Notes under the pieces: generated by a model
Databases searched by the model: none
What the model saw: only the letters and a program-made list of their open reading frames with translations
What the model was told of the DNA's origin: nothing
Translations under genes and position numbers: made by a program
From: an uncultured Gammaproteobacteria bacterium
GTDB lineage: Bacteria; Pseudomonadota; Gammaproteobacteria; Chromatiales; Chromatiaceae
NCBI GenBank assembly: GCA_963818415.1
Contig: CAWFSC010000014.1
Span: forward strand, 51,024-115,023
DNA length: 64,000 bases
Direction: 5' to 3'
Shown: positions 63,373-64,000 of the stretch, in pieces
Layout: every line of letters starts with the position of its first letter
How positions within the stretch are numbered: the stretch's first letter is position 1

Positions 63373-64000
63373 AGCATACCTTGCCACGTTCGCTCCTGGC
63401 CGCTGCGGTCATCGCCGTGCTCGCCACGCCAGTCGCGTTCGCCGATTCGGAGCTCGAGGGTCGTCTCGGTCGACTGGAGCGCATCCTGGAGAATCAGAGT
63501 GGCTCGGAGCTGCTGTTACAGGTACAGCGACTCCAAACGGAGATGCAGGATCTGCGCGGCATGGTCGAGCAGCAAGGGTTCGCCATCGAAAAGCTCCAGC
63601 GCCAGCAACGCGATCAATTCCTGGATCTCGACTCCCGGCTCAATAGCGCGCGGCAGCCCGATCAAACCGGCAAGCCCGAAGGCGCGACGGCCGCCGGCGA
63701 CGCCAAGTCAGCCCTGCCTCCGGGCGTGGTCGACGCGAGCGGTCAGGAGATGCCAGCGCCCGCCGGGGCCACGCCAGCCCCCGCCCCAGCGGAACCTCCG
63801 ACGCCATCCAGCCCAGGGGCCGTGGGGATTCCCTCCCTGCCCGCGCCCGAAACCGTCGGCGGGAGCGAACGCGATCTTTACAGCAGCGCCTTCGCGCTCC
63901 TCAAGGAGCGCAAGTACGAGGAATCCAAAGCCGCCTTCAACGAGCTGCTGCGCCGCTATCCTCAGGGCGATTACGCCGACAACGCCCGTTACTGGCTCGG
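63369..64000 (+). CDS. cpoB: Tol-Pal system protein CpoB/YbgF (3' end beyond the window)
   Basis: Signal peptide, coiled coil (LERILENQSGSELLLQVQRLQTEMQDLRGMVEQQ), then the start of the TPR region (YSSAFALLKERKYEESKAAFNELLRRYPQGDYADNARYWLG). The ATG overlaps the pal stop. Confidence 0.9.
   Translation, partial: MKHTLPRSLLAAAVIAVLATPVAFADSELEGRLGRLERILENQSGSELLLQVQRLQTEMQDLRGMVEQQGFAIEKLQRQQRDQFLDLDSRLNSARQPDQTGKPEGATAAGDAKSALPPGVVDASGQEMPAPAGATPAPAPAEPPTPSSPGAVGIPSLPAPETVGGSERDLYSSAFALLKERKYEESKAAFNELLRRYPQGDYADNARYWL

Overview
Visibly GC-rich gammaproteobacterial chromosome segment (GC judged by eye at mid-60s %, not computed). Two tandem light-harvesting pucBA pairs with Chromatiaceae-type peptides, a hupT-hupU H2-sensor module and a ybgC-tolQRAB-pal-cpoB operon point to a purple sulfur bacterium (Chromatiaceae); the genus cannot be determined here. 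Layout: (1) 0.8-2.6 kb: yegQ and ycgN. (2) 2.8-23.9 kb: surface-polysaccharide/glycosylation region with a priming sugar-phosphate transferase, GT2+DUF2304, GT4, polytopic membrane proteins, FkbM methyltransferase, a further GT, secreted proteins, an FG-GAP protein, a parvulin PPIase, a GNAT-like protein, TPR-GT41 and a PIG-L deacetylase, punctuated by REP-type repeats. (3) 24-28.3 kb: gloB, dxs, cysS. (4) 28.6-31 kb: hupT-hupU with no hupV. (5) 31-41.9 kb: apparent accessory island with an EF-hand/Gly-Pro protein, a decayed type I R-M operon (hsdM ... hsdR, no hsdS, ATPase and nuclease-like remnants in between), phosphoketolase and an IS110 transposase. (6) 41.9-46.8 kb: translationally coupled SbmA/BacA-type ABC half-transporter whose ATPase motifs are all degenerate, plus a ~1000-aa CBM/discoidin/six-hairpin-glycosidase-like protein. 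(7) 47.3-50.8 kb: periplasmic protein, L,D-transpeptidase, pucB2A2-pucB1A1. (8) 51.1-58.2 kb: pyrC, pckA, rlmI, thioredoxin-domain protein, ICMT-like protein. (9) 58.5-64 kb: tol-pal. By manual count there are roughly fifty reading-frame breaks, clustered in patches and hitting even essential genes (cysS, dxs), so many apparent pseudogenes are probably sequence errors. I saw no rRNA, tRNA or CRISPR array. The most unusual candidates are the remnant module embedded in the R-M operon and the dead-NBD ABC/glycosidase-like pair. Neither can be called novel without database searches.
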